From Escherichia coli (lineage in GTDB: Bacteria > Pseudomonadota > Gammaproteobacteria > Enterobacterales > Enterobacteriaceae): a stretch of DNA of 64,000 bases. Position numbers and translations under genes: made by a program. The first letter of the stretch is position 1, and each line of letters begins with the position of its first letter. Positions 47,778 through 58,348 of this stretch are shown piece after piece. The notes beneath the pieces are model-generated. The model saw only the letters and a program-made list of their open reading frames with translations. It was not told where the DNA came from and made no database searches. Location: assembly GCF_048403405.1 (NCBI RefSeq), contig NZ_CP183129.1, one strand, 5' to 3'.

Positions 47778-49109
47778 ATGGAAATTGCATCGAATAAAGG
47801 CGTCATTGCAGACGCTTCGACCCCGGCGGGTCGTGCTGGAATGAGTGAGAGCGAGTGGCGAGAAGCGATCAAATTCGACAGTACTGACACCGGCTGGGTG
47901 ATTATGAGTATCGGGATGGCGATTGGCGCGGGGATTGTTTTTCTCCCGGTGCAGGTCGGTTTGATGGGATTGTGGGTATTTTTGCTCTCATCGGTGATTG
48001 GTTACCCGGCAATGTATCTGTTTCAGCGATTGTTTATTAATACGCTGGCAGAATCACCAGAATGTAAAGATTACCCGAGTGTCATTAGCGGTTATTTAGG
48101 TAAAAACTGGGGCATCCTGTTAGGTGCGCTCTATTTCGTAATGCTGGTGATTTGGATGTTCGTCTATTCCACCGCCATCACCAACGATAGTGCTTCCTAC
48201 CTGCATACCTTCGGCGTGACGGAAGGGTTGCTGTCAGACAGTCCCTTTTATGGTCTGGTACTGATTTGCATTCTGGTGGCGATCTCCTCACGCGGCGAGA
48301 AATTGTTATTCAAAATTTCGACGGGGATGGTGCTGACCAAGCTGCTGGTGGTCGCGGCGCTGGGCGTGTCGATGGTGGGAATGTGGCATCTGTATAACGT
48401 CGGTTCGCTACCGCCGCTGGGGCTGCTGGTGAAAAACGCCATTATTACGCTGCCGTTTACCCTGACGTCGATTCTGTTTATCCAGACGTTAAGCCCGATG
48501 GTGATCTCTTATCGCTCGCGGGAAAAATCGATTGAAGTAGCGCGGCATAAAGCATTGCGGGCAATGAATATCGCGTTTGGCATTTTGTTTGTCACCGTCT
48601 TTTTCTACGCCGTGTCGTTCACGCTGGCGATGGGACATGACGAAGCGGTAAAAGCCTATGAGCAGAATATTTCCGCGCTGGCGATTGCCGCACAGTTTAT
48701 TAGCGGTGACGGCGCAGCGTGGGTGAAAGTGGTCAGCGTCATTCTCAATATCTTTGCTGTCATGACTGCATTCTTTGGCGTCTATTTAGGCTTTCGCGAA
48801 GCAACGCAAGGGATCGTAATGAACATCCTGCGTCGCAAGATGCCTGCCGAGAAGATTAACGAAAATCTTGTTCAGCGCGGCATCATGATTTTCGCCATTT
48901 TGCTGGCCTGGAGCGCTATCGTACTGAACGCACCGGTGTTGAGCTTCACCTCTATCTGTAGCCCGATTTTCGGCATGGTAGGGTGCCTGATCCCGGCGTG
49001 GCTGGTTTACAAAGTACCGGCATTGCACAAATACAAAGGGATGTCTCTGTACCTGATTATCGTCACTGGTTTGTTGCTTTGTGTTTCTCCGTTCCTGGCA
49101 TTTTCTTGA
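47778..49109 (+). CDS. cyuP: HAAAP-family cysteine / serine transporter CyuP (YhaO, also called DlsT)
   Basis: ORF track 443 aa; recognised as YhaO. Confidence 0.9.
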   Translation: MEIASNKGVIADASTPAGRAGMSESEWREAIKFDSTDTGWVIMSIGMAIGAGIVFLPVQVGLMGLWVFLLSSVIGYPAMYLFQRLFINTLAESPECKDYPSVISGYLGKNWGILLGALYFVMLVIWMFVYSTAITNDSASYLHTFGVTEGLLSDSPFYGLVLICILVAISSRGEKLLFKISTGMVLTKLLVVAALGVSMVGMWHLYNVGSLPPLGLLVKNAIITLPFTLTSILFIQTLSPMVISYRSREKSIEVARHKALRAMNIAFGILFVTVFFYAVSFTLAMGHDEAVKAYEQNISALAIAAQFISGDGAAWVKVVSVILNIFAVMTAFFGVYLGFREATQGIVMNILRRKMPAEKINENLVQRGIMIFAILLAWSAIVLNAPVLSFTSICSPIFGMVGCLIPAWLVYKVPALHKYKGMSLYLIIVTGLLLCVSPFLAFS

Positions 49110-49136
49110 TTTACCTGAAATTTTAAGGTTTTTAAT

Positions 49137-50447
49137 ATGTTTGATTCGACTTTAAATCCGTTATGGCAGCGTTACATCCTCGCCGTTCAGGAGGAAGTAA
49201 AACCGGCGCTGGGATGTACTGAACCGATTTCACTGGCGCTGGCGGCGGCGGTTGCTGCGGCAGAACTGGAAGGTCCGGTTGAACGTGTAGAAGCCTGGGT
49301 TTCGCCAAATCTGATGAAGAACGGTCTGGGCGTCACCGTTCCCGGCACGGGAATGGTGGGGCTGCCAATTGCGGCGGCGCTGGGAGCGTTAGGTGGAAAT
49401 GCTAACGCCGGGCTGGAAGTGCTGAAAGACGCAACTGCGCAGGCAATTTCCGATGCCAAAGCACTGCTGGCGGCGGGGAAAGTCTCAGTTAAGATCCAGG
49501 AACCTTGCGATGAAATCCTCTTCTCACGCGCCAAAGTCTGGAACGGTGAGAAGTGGGCGTGTGTCACCATCGTCGGCGGGCATACCAACATTGTGCATAT
49601 TGAGACGCACAATGGTGTGGTGTTTACCCAGCAGGCGTGTGTGACAGAGGGCGAGCAAGAGTCGCCGCTGACGGTGCTTTCCAGAACGACGCTGGCTGAG
49701 ATCCTGAAGTTCGTCAATGAAGTCCCGTTTGCGGCGATCCGCTTTATTCTCGATTCTGCGAAGTTAAATTGTGCGTTATCGCAGGAAGGTTTGAGCGGTA
49801 ACTGGGGGCTGCATATTGGTGCGACGCTGGAAAAACAGTGCGCGCGCGGTTTGCTGGCGAAAGATCTCTCTTCATCCATTGTGATTCGTACCAGCGCGGC
49901 ATCCGATGCGCGTATGGGCGGCGCTACGCTTCCGGCAATGAGTAACTCCGGCTCGGGTAACCAGGGGATCACCGCAACAATGCCTGTGGTGGTGGTAGCA
50001 GAACACTTCGGAGCGGATGATGAACGGCTGGCGCGTGCGCTGATGCTTTCGCATTTGAGCGCGATTTACATCCATAACCAGTTACCGCGTTTGTCTGCGC
50101 TTTGTGCCGCAACGACCGCAGCAATGGGGGCCGCCGCCGGGATGGCATGGCTGGTGGATGGGCGTTATGAAACCATTTCGATGGCGATCAGCAGTATGAT
50201 CGGCGATGTCAGCGGCATGATTTGCGATGGTGCGTCGAACAGCTGCGCGATGAAGGTTTCGACCAGTGCTTCGGCTGCGTGGAAAGCGGTGTTAATGGCG
50301 CTGGATGATACCGCAGTGACCGGCAATGAAGGGATTGTGGCGCATGATGTTGAGCAGTCGATTGCCAACCTGTGTGCGTTAGCAAGCCATTCGATGCAGC
50401 AAACGGATCGGCAGATTATCGAGATTATGGCGAGCAAGGCCAGATAA
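49137..50447 (+). CDS. cyuA: L-cysteine desulfidase CyuA (YhaM)
   Basis: ORF track 436 aa; recognised as YhaM. Confidence 0.9.
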   Translation: MFDSTLNPLWQRYILAVQEEVKPALGCTEPISLALAAAVAAAELEGPVERVEAWVSPNLMKNGLGVTVPGTGMVGLPIAAALGALGGNANAGLEVLKDATAQAISDAKALLAAGKVSVKIQEPCDEILFSRAKVWNGEKWACVTIVGGHTNIVHIETHNGVVFTQQACVTEGEQESPLTVLSRTTLAEILKFVNEVPFAAIRFILDSAKLNCALSQEGLSGNWGLHIGATLEKQCARGLLAKDLSSSIVIRTSAASDARMGGATLPAMSNSGSGNQGITATMPVVVVAEHFGADDERLARALMLSHLSAIYIHNQLPRLSALCAATTAAMGAAAGMAWLVDGRYETISMAISSMIGDVSGMICDGASNSCAMKVSTSASAAWKAVLMALDDTAVTGNEGIVAHDVEQSIANLCALASHSMQQTDRQIIEIMASKAR

Positions 50448-50467
50448 TCGCCAGGTTTTGGGTATCG

Positions 50468-50575
<108 letters not shown>

Positions 50576-50579
50576 GTCT

Positions 50580-50744
50580 TTACGCGGTAGCTTCATCCTC
50601 GGCTAAACGCGTTTCAGCATCCGCGACGATGGCTTCCAGCTCGCTCAACATCTCTTCATAGCCAAAATTATTGGCGGTGCGAGCAGGTTCTTTCGCCACC
50701 ACGGGCTTCACTGGCTGACGCTTTTTGGCCGATTTTTTACTCAT
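50580..50744 (-). CDS. yhaL: small protein YhaL (54 aa)
   Basis: Hand translation of the minus strand gives MSKKSAKKRQPVKPVVAKEPARTANNFGYEEMLSELEAIVADAETRLAEDEATA; below the track size cutoff; one or two extra in-frame ATGs lie just upstream. Confidence 0.6.
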   Translation of the reverse strand: MSKKSAKKRQPVKPVVAKEPARTANNFGYEEMLSELEAIVADAETRLAEDEATA

Positions 50745-50766
50745 CATCATCTCCCTGTTAAAACAA

Positions 50767-51468
50767 CTAGACAGGCAAATCTATCAGCAAAGCGCGCAGT
50801 GGGGAATCGGCAACCAGCGTAATGTTAGCCTCGTCACGAATAAACGCCCCATCACCGCAGGTCAGCGCCGCTTTCTCTTCATGATGCGTAAGTGCATGAA
50901 ATTTCCCGTGAATCGATTGCAAATACGCGCGTGGCCCATGCAACTGGAAATTCGCACTTTCGCCTTTGTCGAGCACAATATGATGCAGCCACACTTGCTG
51001 GCGCAATTGCAGGCTTCCCATCGCACCCTCTGGCGAGGCGATTAATTGCTGCTTGTCCATATTAAGCGCCAGCTTTTGAATCAGTGGATTCTCTCGCTGC
51101 GGGCAGGCATCCAGCCAAAGCTGCATTCGCGTTAACGGTTTGTCTTTGCTGAGATTGTGTTCGCTATAGCTGACACCCGGCTGGGTAGAGAGCAGCAACA
51201 CCTCACCAGCGCTGGCCTGAACATGATTGCCTTCGCTGTCGCGATACTCTGCTTCTCCATCCAGAATCACATTTAAAATATCGACTTTGGGATAGGTTCG
51301 CGGCTGAAAGGCGGCACCTGGGGCCAGCACTTCCTGGTTAAGCACGCGCAGGGAGGCATAGCCTAACAATTTCGGGTCGAAGTAGTGTCCAAAGGAAAAA
51401 GTATACCGGGCCTGCAACCATCCGTAGTCTGCTTGTCCACACTGCCTGACAGTTCGGGTAGTAATCAT
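50767..51468 (-). CDS. yhaK: pirin-like bicupin protein YhaK
   Basis: ORF track 233 aa; recognised as YhaK. Confidence 0.9.
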   Translation of the reverse strand: MITTRTVRQCGQADYGWLQARYTFSFGHYFDPKLLGYASLRVLNQEVLAPGAAFQPRTYPKVDILNVILDGEAEYRDSEGNHVQASAGEVLLLSTQPGVSYSEHNLSKDKPLTRMQLWLDACPQRENPLIQKLALNMDKQQLIASPEGAMGSLQLRQQVWLHHIVLDKGESANFQLHGPRAYLQSIHGKFHALTHHEEKAALTCGDGAFIRDEANITLVADSPLRALLIDLPV

Positions 51469-51572
51469 AATTCTTGACCTCTCTTTACTTCCTTTTATGG
51501 TAAGGGGCTGGACGCTACATTGTTAGCCAGATATTCTGCCCGGTATGTTCAAATTTCCTGAATGAGAACGAA

Positions 51573-52469
51573 ATGGCCAAAGAAAGGGCATTAACGCTGG
51601 AAGCACTACGGGTTATGGATGCGATCGATCGCCGGGGCAGTTTTGCGGCGGCGGCGGATGAGCTGGGACGCGTGCCTTCCGCACTTAGCTACACCATGCA
51701 AAAACTGGAAGAAGAGCTGGATGTGGTGCTGTTTGACCGCTCGGGCCATCGCACCAAATTCACCAATGTCGGGAGGATGTTGCTGGAGCGAGGACGCGTT
51801 TTGCTGGAAGCCGCAGATAAACTGACTACCGATGCGGAAGCCCTCGCGCGCGGTTGGGAAACGCATCTCACCATTGTGACCGAGGCGCTGGTACCGACAC
51901 CTGCCTTTTTCCCGTTAATCGACAAACTGGCGGCAAAAGCCAATACCCAACTGGCAATCATCACCGAAGTGCTGGCGGGGGCATGGGAACGGCTGGAGCA
52001 GGGGCGGGCGGATATTGTTATCGCGCCGGATATGCATTTTCGTTCCTCGTCGGAGATCAACTCGCGCAAGCTCTATACGTTAATGAACGTCTACGTTGCC
52101 GCGCCTGATCACCCGATTCATCAGGAGCCGGAACCGTTATCTGAAGTGACGCGTGTGAAATATCGTGGAATTGCGGTGGCGGATACCGCTCGTGAGCGCC
52201 CGGTGTTGACCGTACAGCTGCTGGACAAACAGCCGCGCTTAACGGTGAGCACGATTGAAGATAAACGTCAGGCATTACTGGCGGGGCTTGGCGTGGCGAC
52301 GATGCCGTATCCGATGGTCGAAAAAGATATCGCGGAAGGGCGGTTGCGTGTCGTCAGCCCGGAATCGACCAGCGAGATCGATATTATTATGGCCTGGCGT
52401 CGTGACAGTATGGGGGAAGCGAAATCCTGGTGTCTGCGGGAAATTCCCAAACTTTTTAGCGGAAAATAA
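51573..52469 (+). CDS. yhaJ: LysR-family transcriptional regulator YhaJ
   Basis: ORF track 298 aa; N-terminal HTH; divergent from yhaK. Confidence 0.9.
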   Translation: MAKERALTLEALRVMDAIDRRGSFAAAADELGRVPSALSYTMQKLEEELDVVLFDRSGHRTKFTNVGRMLLERGRVLLEAADKLTTDAEALARGWETHLTIVTEALVPTPAFFPLIDKLAAKANTQLAIITEVLAGAWERLEQGRADIVIAPDMHFRSSSEINSRKLYTLMNVYVAAPDHPIHQEPEPLSEVTRVKYRGIAVADTARERPVLTVQLLDKQPRLTVSTIEDKRQALLAGLGVATMPYPMVEKDIAEGRLRVVSPESTSEIDIIMAWRRDSMGEAKSWCLREIPKLFSGK

Positions 52470-52546
52470 TGTTTGTTATTTTTAATAACAAGGGGCGAAA
52501 TATCGCCCCAATTCTAAGATTAATTTGAACCAAACTTCGGATCGTT

Positions 52547-52876
52547 TCAGTAACGATTGCTGCCAGAATTGCCCTCTAAACAGGCAAATACAAACAGAAC
52601 TAACCAGCCAATGATCGGTACCAGATAGAGAAGCGCCCACGCACCTGAACGGTCAGTATCATGCAGACGACGAACGCACAGAGCAATGACCGGAATGATT
52701 GTTGCTGCCAGGTAAATGAGAGAAAGGAACGGAAACTCTAAACCTAAAATCAATTGAATGACATTGATAATAGCGCCGACGATGGCGTTAATCAGAGTAA
52801 ACATCCAGTACTCTTTACGACGTGCGCGACCAGAGAAACCAACATAATTTTTTAATACGGATAAATACCACTGCAT
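52547..52876 (-). CDS. yhaI: DUF805 inner-membrane protein YhaI
   Basis: ORF track 109 aa; paralogue of YhaH (shared RRLHDTDRS motif). Confidence 0.85.
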   Translation of the reverse strand: MQWYLSVLKNYVGFSGRARRKEYWMFTLINAIVGAIINVIQLILGLEFPFLSLIYLAATIIPVIALCVRRLHDTDRSGAWALLYLVPIIGWLVLFVFACLEGNSGSNRY

Positions 52877-53117
52877 AAAAACATCCCTTTAATTAAAAGT
52901 GACGAAAGTTTATTCCGGGTATTGTGTAAATGCTATTCGTATCTTTCTTTTTCGGATGTTATAAAGGTTTTGATATTTAAGATAAATACATGGTTATTTT
53001 TTATATGTAATTTATATAACGACATTGAAATATTTTAAATAAACATTAGTAAATTATTCATTCATCAACATAATGATAAAAGCCGGATGAGTCAGACATC
53101 CGGCGAGTAGATTTGTT

Positions 53118-53483
53118 TTAAGGTTCCAGTTTTGGATCAGGTCCAAAGCGGTTTTCGCCTGGCGTACCCGCCTGGCAGTTAAAGACGATGATAATAAGCC
53201 AGCCGATAAACGGGATTAAGAACAGCAGTGCCCACCACGCCGAGCGGTCGGTGTCGTGCAGGCGGCGGAACTGAACTGCCCACCATGGTAAAAACACCAG
53301 AATACCGTAGATTGTCGTCAGGATGCCTTCGCCACCGGCACGTTGCCAGCCTAACATTTTATCCAGCAGCCCCAGCACGAACGTAAAGATGATGTTGACC
53401 AGAATAAACATCCAGTACTCTTTGCGCCGCGCACGACCCCGGAAACCGACATAATTTTTTAGTACTTTCAGATACCAGTCCAT
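53118..53483 (-). CDS. yhaH: DUF805 inner-membrane protein YhaH
   Basis: ORF track 53118..53504; internal ATG gives MDWYLKVLKNYVGF... (121 aa). Confidence 0.85.
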   Translation of the reverse strand: MDWYLKVLKNYVGFRGRARRKEYWMFILVNIIFTFVLGLLDKMLGWQRAGGEGILTTIYGILVFLPWWAVQFRRLHDTDRSAWWALLFLIPFIGWLIIIVFNCQAGTPGENRFGPDPKLEP

Positions 53484-53609
53484 TTTTGCCTCAATTTTGC
53501 TCAATCACTTGTTTTTAAAGCAGCAAATTAAGAATAGACGTGAATGAAATGGCAGTAAATATTATCGCGATGAATTAATAAGGCACTGTGAAGGATAAGG
53601 GCAAGCGCA

Positions 53610-53715
53610 AAATTGCCAGATGCGCTACGCTTATCTGGCCTACGCGGTCATTGTAACATATTGAATATAAACGTTTTGTGGGTTTGATAAGGCGTTCACG
53701 CCGCATCCGACATGA
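53610..53715. repeat. REP elements (two copies)
   Basis: GCCAGATGCGCTACGCTTATCTGGCCTACG and GATAAGGCGTTCACGCCGCATCCGACA read directly. Confidence 0.5.
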
Positions 53716-53765
53716 ACAACATGCACTTAGCTAATTATCAGAGGCACCTCGTAAGGTGCCTTTTT

Positions 53766-54752
53766 TTAACCGAAGCGAACATCTCGTCCATGCGGTTCAT
53801 CGAGATCCTGCCACGGACCAATTGAAATAATCCCCGTAGGGTTGATGGTCTTATGGCTGCGGAAGTAGTGATTACGGATGTGATCGAAATTGACAGTTTC
53901 GGCAATCCCCGGCATCTGGTAGATATCGCGCAGGAAACCATACAGATTCAGGTAATCGCTGATGCGGTGCTTATCACACTTGAAGTGGGTGACATACACC
54001 GGATCAAAACGCACCAGCGTGGTCCACAGGCGAATATCGGCTTCGGTTAGCTGGTTGCCGGTCAGGTAACGATGCTGACCTAAAATCTGTTCCAGTCGCG
54101 CCAGCGATTCAAACACTTTCGCCACCGCCTCGTCGTAGGCTTGCTGGCTGGTGGCAAAACCAGCTTTATACACGCCGTTGTTAACGGTGTCATAAATCCA
54201 GCCGTTAAGTTCGTCAATTTTCGTTTGCAGGGCTGGTGGGTAGTAATCACCCGCTTTCGCGCCCAGCGCATCAAACGCGGTATTGAACATGCGGATGATT
54301 TCCGCTGATTCGTTGCTGACGATGGTGTGGTTCTTTTTGTCCCAGAGTACGGGAACAGTCACTCGTCCGCTGTAGTCTGGATCGGCGTGGAGATAAAGCT
54401 GATACAAAAATTCATGTTGATAGAGTGTATCGCCGGTTGCACCCGGAAAACTGTCATCAAAGGTCCAGCCGTTTTCCAGCATCAGCGGGTTCACTACGGA
54501 AACGGAAATAAACGGTTCCAGTCCTTTGAGTTTACGCATGATCAGCGTGCGGTGCGCCCACGGGCAGGCGAGTGAAACATAGAGATGATAACGATCTTTC
54601 TCTGCGATAAAACCGCCTGTGCCAGTGGGGCCTGGCGCGCCATCGGCAGTGAGCCAGTTACGAAATGCGGAAGCTGAACGTTGAAATTTACCGCCGGTAG
54701 ATTTGGTATCGTACCAGATGTCATGCCAGACGCCGTCAATCAGTTGACCCAT
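53766..54752 (-). CDS. yqjG: glutathionyl-hydroquinone reductase YqjG (Xi-class GST)
   Basis: ORF track 53766..54773; internal ATG gives MGQLIDGVWHD... (328 aa); CPWAHR active-site motif. Confidence 0.92.
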   Translation of the reverse strand: MGQLIDGVWHDIWYDTKSTGGKFQRSASAFRNWLTADGAPGPTGTGGFIAEKDRYHLYVSLACPWAHRTLIMRKLKGLEPFISVSVVNPLMLENGWTFDDSFPGATGDTLYQHEFLYQLYLHADPDYSGRVTVPVLWDKKNHTIVSNESAEIIRMFNTAFDALGAKAGDYYPPALQTKIDELNGWIYDTVNNGVYKAGFATSQQAYDEAVAKVFESLARLEQILGQHRYLTGNQLTEADIRLWTTLVRFDPVYVTHFKCDKHRISDYLNLYGFLRDIYQMPGIAETVNFDHIRNHYFRSHKTINPTGIISIGPWQDLDEPHGRDVRFG

Positions 54753-54770
54753 ATTTCTCTCCTCCAATAG

Positions 54771-54800
54771 CAAAAACGAGGAGTTTCCTCCTCGTTTTTT
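54771..54800 (-). terminator. rho-independent terminator of yqjF
   Basis: Hairpin ACGAGGAG-tttc-CTCCTCGT flanked by A- and T-runs. Confidence 0.55.
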
Positions 54801-54821
54801 ATCGTTAAGTATAGCGCGTGC

Positions 54822-55214
54822 TTACCACTTTTTATTCAGCAGGCGGTCGATGCTATACGCGCCCGGACCGGTAATTGCCAGCAGCAGGAATCCGCCAGAA
54901 ATTGTCAGGTTTTTCATGAACATCAGCGAGTTGACGCCTTCAGCAAAGTTGCTGTGAAATAAAAATGCCGTCAGCAGCGTAAAGCCCGCAGTAAACAGGG
55001 CTGTGGTGCGAGTCAGGAAACCGAACAGGATTGCCAGACCACCACCAAACTCAAGCAGAATCACCAGCGGCAGCATAAAGCCTGGGACACCCATCGCTTC
55101 CATATATTGTTGGGTACCCGCGTAGCCAGTAATTTTTCCCCAGCCTGCGGTAATAAACAGAATCGGCATTAAAATGCGCGCTACCAGTACACCAACATCT
55201 TCTAATTTTTTCAT
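54822..55214 (-). CDS. yqjF: DoxX-family inner-membrane protein YqjF
   Basis: ORF track 54822..55304; internal ATG gives MKKLEDVGVLVARIL... (130 aa). Confidence 0.88.
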   Translation of the reverse strand: MKKLEDVGVLVARILMPILFITAGWGKITGYAGTQQYMEAMGVPGFMLPLVILLEFGGGLAILFGFLTRTTALFTAGFTLLTAFLFHSNFAEGVNSLMFMKNLTISGGFLLLAITGPGAYSIDRLLNKKW

Positions 55215-55400
55215 CATACTCTCCACTGCGCCACTCAGGCTGCTGATTGTTTTTTTGTGCAAGGGCGCGGTATTAGCGTCGTTGCTGTCGATGGAGAGAA
55301 TCATAAACGTGGTGAATGATGATTGTTAGCAAGGAAAACTGTCAAAAATCTTCAAAAAATTTGAGGGATAAGGCCGGAATGGCTCCGGCCAGAGAGGTTA

Positions 55401-55700
55401 TTAACCGCGAAGCTGTTGCTGCTTGAGGGTCGTTTTAACCAGACGCCAGGCGCTCCATATGCCAAAACCGCGTCTGGCCCAGCGGACCAGCATATTGGGA
55501 TGGCGAATCGTCCAGATCGCCATCACGCTACTGCCAACCAGCGCCCAGGAGCGCAGACTTAGCAGCATATTCCAGCGACGATCGTAAGCGCCTGTTGCCT
55601 CCAGCCATTCACGACGACTGGCAGAAAGAGCCAGCCGTTGTTGCTGGATCTGGCTAAGCAGTTGCGCCTTACGTCGTTCACGTTCGACTTTACTGCTCAC
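55401..55700 (-). CDS. yqjK: small membrane-associated protein YqjK
   Basis: ORF track 55401..55802; probable GTG start giving (M)SSKVERERRKAQLL... (99 aa); start overlaps the yqjE 3' end. Confidence 0.7.
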   Translation of the reverse strand: MSSKVERERRKAQLLSQIQQQRLALSASRREWLEATGAYDRRWNMLLSLRSWALVGSSVMAIWTIRHPNMLVRWARRGFGIWSAWRLVKTTLKQQQLRG

Positions 55701-56094
55701 GGGACTCCTCCTCGAGCAGCTGCCGATCGTTTGCCAGCTCATGGCGTGTATGGCGCAGCAAGGTGGATTTACGCGATTTACGTAACGTCCAGATACCGCC
55801 AATCAGTGCCAGTAGCAGCAACACCACGGTGGTGGCAATCATCGCATTCAGGCGATATTGCGGATCAACCGCCCAAATAATCAGCACCATCAGGCTCATA
55901 AGACCAAATGCAGCGAAAAGCATCGTCAGGCCCAGCATCAGTAAAAGTTGAAAGAGATTCGCTTTTTCCTCTTCCAGCTCCACCACCGCCAGCCGCAGAC
56001 GTGTTTCCACCATTTCAACCATGATGGAAACAATTCGCTGCCCGATGCCCAGAACGCTTTTACCGGGCCCTTGCGCGTGATGAGTGTCCGCCAT
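55690..56094 (-). CDS. yqjE: DUF1469 inner-membrane protein YqjE
   Basis: ORF track 55690..56163; internal ATG gives MADTHHAQGPGKSV... (134 aa). Confidence 0.85.
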   Translation of the reverse strand: MADTHHAQGPGKSVLGIGQRIVSIMVEMVETRLRLAVVELEEEKANLFQLLLMLGLTMLFAAFGLMSLMVLIIWAVDPQYRLNAMIATTVVLLLLALIGGIWTLRKSRKSTLLRHTRHELANDRQLLEEESREQ

Positions 56095-56096
56095 AA

Positions 56097-56402
56097 TTAA
56101 CGACGCGACAGCAGAACGCCGAGCACTACACCGATTGCAGCGCCAATGCCCACGCCAGTCCACGGATTTTCACGCACATACTCATCGGCACGCGCCGCCG
56201 CGACACGGGTTTGTTTGGCGATGGCATCACCGGTTTCACCCAGGCGATAACGGCTCTGTTTCAGTGCCTGCTCCGCTTTGCTACGAATCTTACTCAACTC
56301 TTCTTTCGACTTCTCGCCAGATGAGCTAAGCACCTCTTCCAGCGTATCGGAAAGGGATTTCAACTCAGCACGCAGATGTTCCGTAGTGTGTTCTTTCGAC
56401 AT
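56097..56402 (-). CDS. yqjD: ElaB-family ribosome- and membrane-associated protein YqjD
   Basis: ORF track 101 aa; C-terminal transmembrane anchor; recognised as YqjD. Confidence 0.9.
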   Translation of the reverse strand: MSKEHTTEHLRAELKSLSDTLEEVLSSSGEKSKEELSKIRSKAEQALKQSRYRLGETGDAIAKQTRVAAARADEYVRENPWTGVGIGAAIGVVLGVLLSRR

Positions 56403-56439
56403 AGTTTTCTCCAGGTGAGTAAGTAGTGACTATTGTGAG

Positions 56440-56808
56440 TTAGTAGTCGCGCGCTTCCAGCTTTTTCAGCTCTTCCTGCGCTTCTGCCAGTTTCCGTTCG
56501 CGTTTGGCAATCTTATCGGCATCGCCTTTTTGCTTCGCCTCGGCTAAATCTTGCTGGCGTTCCGCCACCTCATCTTTCTGCTTTGCGATTTTCTTCTGAT
56601 GATCGGCACGCAGCTGGCTATCTGAACAGTTGGCCCGGACTTCACTCAGGGCTTTATTCAGACCGTCAATACGATTCTGGTTTTGGTGTTTTTCGGCATA
56701 GCTGATCTCCTTAAGGATATTTTGCTCCTTTTCCTGACACAGGGTAGTGGCATAACTACCGGCACTAAGAGCAAAAAGAGAAACAGCTAAAGCGATGCGG
56801 TATTTCAT
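56440..56808 (-). CDS. yqjC: DUF1090 periplasmic protein YqjC
   Basis: ORF track 56440..56823; ATG giving MKYRIALAVSLFALSAGSYA... (signal peptide; 122 aa). Confidence 0.85.
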   Translation of the reverse strand: MKYRIALAVSLFALSAGSYATTLCQEKEQNILKEISYAEKHQNQNRIDGLNKALSEVRANCSDSQLRADHQKKIAKQKDEVAERQQDLAEAKQKGDADKIAKRERKLAEAQEELKKLEARDY

Positions 56809-56954
56809 TCTTGAACCTTCCATTGTGATTCGGACCTATTACAAAGGAACGATTGTCCAGACAACGAAGCGGTAGTGTTAACCACCGCCTCATTAATCAT
56901 AGACAGTTACGGTGAAATCACCAAAGTCAGTGATATGTTTCGGATAACAGGAAG

Positions 56955-57338
56955 TTATCCGAAGCGATGAGAGTTATCCCGCAACCGGGTCAGCCACTGC
57001 ATAGCCTGACTATTATTGTCCTGCTGTGCAATGATGTAGCCATGGGGCAATGTTCTGTCGAGGACCGCTTTTGCGGCGGCACTCTGGTCGCTGGAATCAA
57101 AGGTAATTAACAGAGTGTCATTTTTGGGGGTGATACTTTTGAAAGGAATGCCGTGAGCGTCAAGGTGATGCCAGATTGAAAAACCGTCTGGCATCGTTGT
57201 CCCTTGATGAACGGCACGAATCGCCAGCGTAGACTCTTGCTGGCGAACCGCGGACCAGGCCAGCAACAGTGTGCCGACCAGAAGTAAAACAGCGCCGGAC
57301 CAGGCTAGCTGGCGAAGCGACATGCGAGGTATTTGCAT
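56955..57338 (-). CDS. mzrA: modulator of EnvZ/OmpR MzrA (YqjB)
   Basis: ORF track 127 aa; N-terminal membrane anchor; recognised as MzrA. Confidence 0.9.
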   Translation of the reverse strand: MQIPRMSLRQLAWSGAVLLLVGTLLLAWSAVRQQESTLAIRAVHQGTTMPDGFSIWHHLDAHGIPFKSITPKNDTLLITFDSSDQSAAAKAVLDRTLPHGYIIAQQDNNSQAMQWLTRLRDNSHRFG

Positions 57339-57341
57339 CCC

Positions 57342-58004
57342 TTACCCCCGATTTCCATATTTCTTTTTCCATAACACGACCAGAGAACCTGCCAGGCCAA
57401 ACACCAGCAGCACCACCGGGAGCAGCATCAGGCATGACATCAGCTGGTCCTCGTACTTTAAAAATACCGGCGTTTTGCCGAGCATGTAACCCAGAGTTGT
57501 CAGGATCAATACCCACAGCAGACCGCTCATCCAGTTGAAGAACTGAAAGCGCGCGTTATTCAGCCCTGATAATCCGGCAATCGTCGGCAGCAGTGTTCTG
57601 ACAAATGCAATAAAGCGACCAATTAACAGCGCCGATAAACCGTGTTTATGAAAAAGATGGTGTGCGCGTTGATGATAATGCGCGGGTAAATGAGATAGCC
57701 AGTTTTGTACTGTGCGGGTATTGCCCAGCCATCGCCCCTGAATATAGCTGACCCAGCAACCGAGGCTGGCGGCAACGGTCAGCAGCAGAATCGTTTGCGG
57801 ATAGCCCATCGCGCCTTTCGCAATCAATACGCCGACCAACACCAGTAAACTGTCGCCCGGTAAAAAGGCCGCCGGAAGCAAGCCGTTTTCAAGGAACAAA
57901 ATTACAAACAAGACAAAATACAACATGCCAATCATCGACGGATTGGCCAGGGTTTCAAAATCCTGCGCCCACAGGGCTTGCAGCAATTGGGTCAAAAGTT
58001 CCAT
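57342..58004 (-). CDS. yqjA: DedA-family inner-membrane protein YqjA
   Basis: ORF track 220 aa; recognised as YqjA. Confidence 0.92.
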   Translation of the reverse strand: MELLTQLLQALWAQDFETLANPSMIGMLYFVLFVILFLENGLLPAAFLPGDSLLVLVGVLIAKGAMGYPQTILLLTVAASLGCWVSYIQGRWLGNTRTVQNWLSHLPAHYHQRAHHLFHKHGLSALLIGRFIAFVRTLLPTIAGLSGLNNARFQFFNWMSGLLWVLILTTLGYMLGKTPVFLKYEDQLMSCLMLLPVVLLVFGLAGSLVVLWKKKYGNRG

Positions 58005-58348
58005 TCATTATTCCTGGTGAATCGGTTAACGCCACGCTGGTTTTAAAAGATGCACTACCGCAATGTTATTGCTGTTTTGGTATGTTTTGCGGGTTTGATA
58101 CATCAACACAGCCTGAACTATTCCCTGTTAAATCGTGAGATAAGAAAGCATTCAAAAGCATAAATTCAAATTGAATCTAATTGTAACAAAGGTCAACGTT
58201 GTTCGTTATCAAAATTACATGTCCGTAGAGTCTGATTTTGCTGATTGCAGGGGAGGGTGGCGAGAGGATTTACACAGGCTGACACTTTATACTTTTCGCT
58301 TACCGACGAAGCAAACAGGCGCATTGCAGCGCCTGTCGGATGGAAATT

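Noticed and set aside
53743-53770. Hairpin AGGCACC-tcgtaa-GGTGCCT followed by a T-run at the 3' end of yqjG, possibly marking an unannotated plus-strand transcript
   Set aside because: The T-run is oriented for a plus-strand terminator but no plus-strand gene lies upstream; more likely a bidirectional terminator for the minus-strand yqjG, so no sRNA is called
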